IMG/VR virus record: IMGVR_UViG_3300045988_076381
Reading direction: 5' to 3' (one strand)
From: a virus
Length of the DNA stretch: 64,000 nt
Position 1 is the first letter of the stretch; each line of letters begins with the position of its first letter. Below, piece by piece: positions 62,244 through 64,000 of the stretch. The notes under the pieces are model-generated. The model worked only from the letters and a program-made list of their open reading frames with translations, had not been told where the DNA came from and did no database searches. Position numbers and translations under genes: made by a program.

Positions 62244-64000
62244 CACCATATTTGTTATCTATAAGGCTTTTTATCCTTATATTCTTATAATTTCTTATAA
62301 GCTCAGCATATATTTTCATCTTATATTTAAATAAGATGTTCCGCACTCGTGGAAGGATTATTACTCTCATTAACGTTCACCTTCTATGCGTTACAATGGC
62401 TAACGATGTTTTAGCTTATCTCGGTATTAGCATGGTATTTAAACTTTAACTTTCACCGATTTTGCGGAATTATTTTATTACCTTAAATTTCTTTAAGGAG
62501 GGACATGCAAGGTCTATCCCCATTGCAGCGATAATATCAAACTTCCTCTTATTCTCATAAGAATAATCCTTTAACTCATTTAACATCTCTATACAATCAA
62601 TTCTATCCCAGAATTCATTAACATAATCCTGAATAAGTTCAAGATAATACTCAATAACTCTTTTTGAGGGATAAATACCGTACATACTAGAATTTAAAGA
62701 TTTCTTCTTAGATACATCTGTACTATTCGGAGATTGTAATTTTTTCATTAATAAATATTGTTTTCCTTTATCCTGAAAATAACTTACAATAGCTGTTCTG
62801 GAACTTTCTAATACTGCTTTTGCTCCATACCATTCTAATAATAGAATTGTCTGATTATAAGCTGTTCTAATATTCTCAGGCCTATCTTTATATATAGCTA
62901 CATATTTATTTCCATCAAGTCCATAATTCCTCTTCTTTATAACTAAACAGAAATCAGATGTATCCTTCTGCCCAGTAGACTGATCAATACCTTGGTCAAT
63001 AGAGTCAATTCCAGCAACATAAAGATTAGGTATTAAATCACCATTCTCATCTCTTATAGGCTCTTCAAATATTTTAACTTTACCATTAGGAGAAGAGATG
63101 AATTTAATATTATCTCTACCTCCATCTGTGGCTAAAGCAAGTATACCAATTTTTGGTTTTATTCCGTAGCCATGAACTTCTATATCTGTTAATCTTTGTG
63201 CGATTAAATTCTGATTGAACATATTATCTCCTTTCCTAGATAAAGCTTCTTGGAAAGTCCAACAATACTCTGCACAATGTACCATATAAGCAAAGGGATC
63301 ATTTGAGTATCTTTGACGTTCAATCATTAAAAATTCTTCTGCTTTCTTACGTATTGTAACTCCTCGATTATCTATTATCCCAGGTTGCATTACTATGGCA
63401 GTAGATGGGATAAAGTATGCTGTATAGACTGTACGATTATCTGAGGAGTGATTATGTTTATATGGTAAGATTCCGAAGGAAATTGGATCAAGAAACATCC
63501 GTTCTAGTCCTTCTAAAGATGGACCACTATCTCCCACTTTGTTATCTCTAGAGCTTTTTATCTCTAGATTCTTACACTTCTTAATTTATGTAAGGTCAGC
63601 ATATATTTTCATCTGTTCTAGATGTCGAACACTCGTGGTAGGATTATATTTATTCACCTACTATGCGTTACAGTATCAATTAACCTTTCGCAATTTAATT
63701 GATTACCTCGGGATTGGCATCACAGCTTTCCCCGATTTTGCTCGATTTTCTCAATGAAGATTCCTCTTCAAGCCGGCAAAATTTTATATTTTCTTTCTAA
63801 ATAAATACTGGAATATTTACCGGTACCATAACCAATCTTAAATCCAACTCTTTGTCCAATTACCTTAATAAGAGCATCTCCTTGAATCCATTTCTTAATC
63901 AACTCGGGGTCAGAACCACATTCTTCGTATATAAGTAATTCACATCGATCACCTCTGACTTTAGAAGGTTTATCCGCTACAATACCTGTTATCATAGATT
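62054..64000 (-). CDS. terL: terminase large subunit gene (5' end outside the window), interrupted by at least two group I introns
   Basis: The pieces read ..DKPSKVRGDRCELLIYEECGS..GYGTG | GDSGPSLEGLERMF...VAGIDSIDQG...FDIIAAMG | IEMGDQELRLLGG... The breaks coincide with two homologous non-coding elements. Confidence 0.75.
62244..62515 (-). mobile_element. group I intron, family 2, copy B (272 nt, ORF-less)
   Basis: The P1 helix GGGAT/GTCCC has a U.G pair. The P4 halves are TCGGT/ACCGA. R-like TGTAACGCATAG (62384-62395) pairs with S-like ATATATGCTGA (62303-62313). The intron ends in GTG. Confidence 0.7.
62516..63534 (-). CDS. terL: terL middle exon (1019 nt; nuclease domain)
   Basis: This is listed ORF 62470..63537 trimmed. 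Its GTG 'start' is intron sequence, and its tail IDLACPSLKKFKVIK is intron read-through. Confidence 0.7.
63535..63818 (-). mobile_element. group I intron, family 2, copy A (284 nt, ORF-less)
   Basis: The P1 helix CCGGT/GCCGG has a U.G pair right after codon GGT of GYGTG. The P4 halves are TCGGG/CCCGA. R-like TGTAACGCATAG lies at 63661-63672 and S-like ATATATGCTGA at 63596-63606. The intron ends GTG|GGAGAT. Confidence 0.75.
63819..64000 (-). CDS. terL: terL upstream exon (partial; continues beyond 64000)
   Basis: The listed ORF 63768..63995 stays open upstream of its Met to the window edge. Its tail KYSSIYLERKYKILPA is intron read-through. Confidence 0.65.

Noticed and set aside
63539-63757. 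Plus-strand ORF of 72 aa inside the terL gap, and ORF 38333..38533 across the MCP intron 1 / exon 2 boundary
   Set aside because: They lie antisense to group I intron RNA and have no homing-endonuclease motifs. The terL introns are best treated as ORF-less.
1-64000. Stop-codon reassignment (TAG or TGA recoding), as seen in some crAss-like lineages
   Set aside because: Long genes of up to 1983 aa, and one of more than 2716 aa, are uninterrupted under the standard code. The only broken genes are explained by introns.
1-64000. CRISPR arrays, tRNA or rRNA genes, integrase or attachment sites
   Set aside because: I saw no regularly spaced repeat-spacer structure, no cloverleaf-like GC-rich 70-90 nt segment in the intergenic regions I inspected, and no recombinase-like ORF. 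Without a tRNA scanning tool, a divergent tRNA cannot be fully excluded.

Overview
This window is strongly AT-rich, and every credible gene lies on the minus strand, forming one late (structural and packaging) block of a large tailed phage. Read 5'->3' on the minus strand, the gene order is: large terminase (enters from beyond 64000), portal, a tail-fibre and receptor-binding cluster, scaffold-like protein, major capsid protein (MCP), head/tail proteins, two very large tail proteins (1193 and 1637 aa), a GH108 lysozyme, and several glycine-zipper ejection-type proteins (404, 1524, 624 aa). The block ends in a giant ORF of more than 2716 aa that runs off the left edge. This order, the giant ORFs and a Bacteroidota-type promoter (TTTG-N19-TAnnTTTG) suggest a crAss-like (Crassvirales) podophage of a Bacteroidales host. 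That assignment is inference; no database search was possible. The standard genetic code works throughout, with no sign of stop-codon reassignment. The main result is very dense self-splicing intron invasion of the two key morphogenesis genes. The MCP gene (34683..39941) is cut into 7 exons by six group I introns. All six carry near-consensus P/Q/R/S core elements, and each has a P1 helix with a U.G wobble at the predicted 5' splice site. Two of them carry GIY-YIG homing endonuclease genes. Two exons are micro-exons of about 15 and 19 nt. The spliced model gives a 485-aa MCP. The terminase gene carries at least two members of a second, ORF-less group I intron family (272 and 284 nt), with compensatory changes in several of their helices. 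Other signals: G9 and G10 homopolymer tracts and a frame-breaking G5A4 tract inside the receptor-binding gene cluster; a canonical T_TTA_AAC -1 slippery site joining two overlapping ORFs; four tandem small MAEF paralogs; a recurrent aromatic-x-x-Gly-Gly motif at the N-termini of the ejection-type proteins; and an SF1-helicase-like P-loop module inside the giant ORF. I recognised no rRNA, tRNA or CRISPR array.
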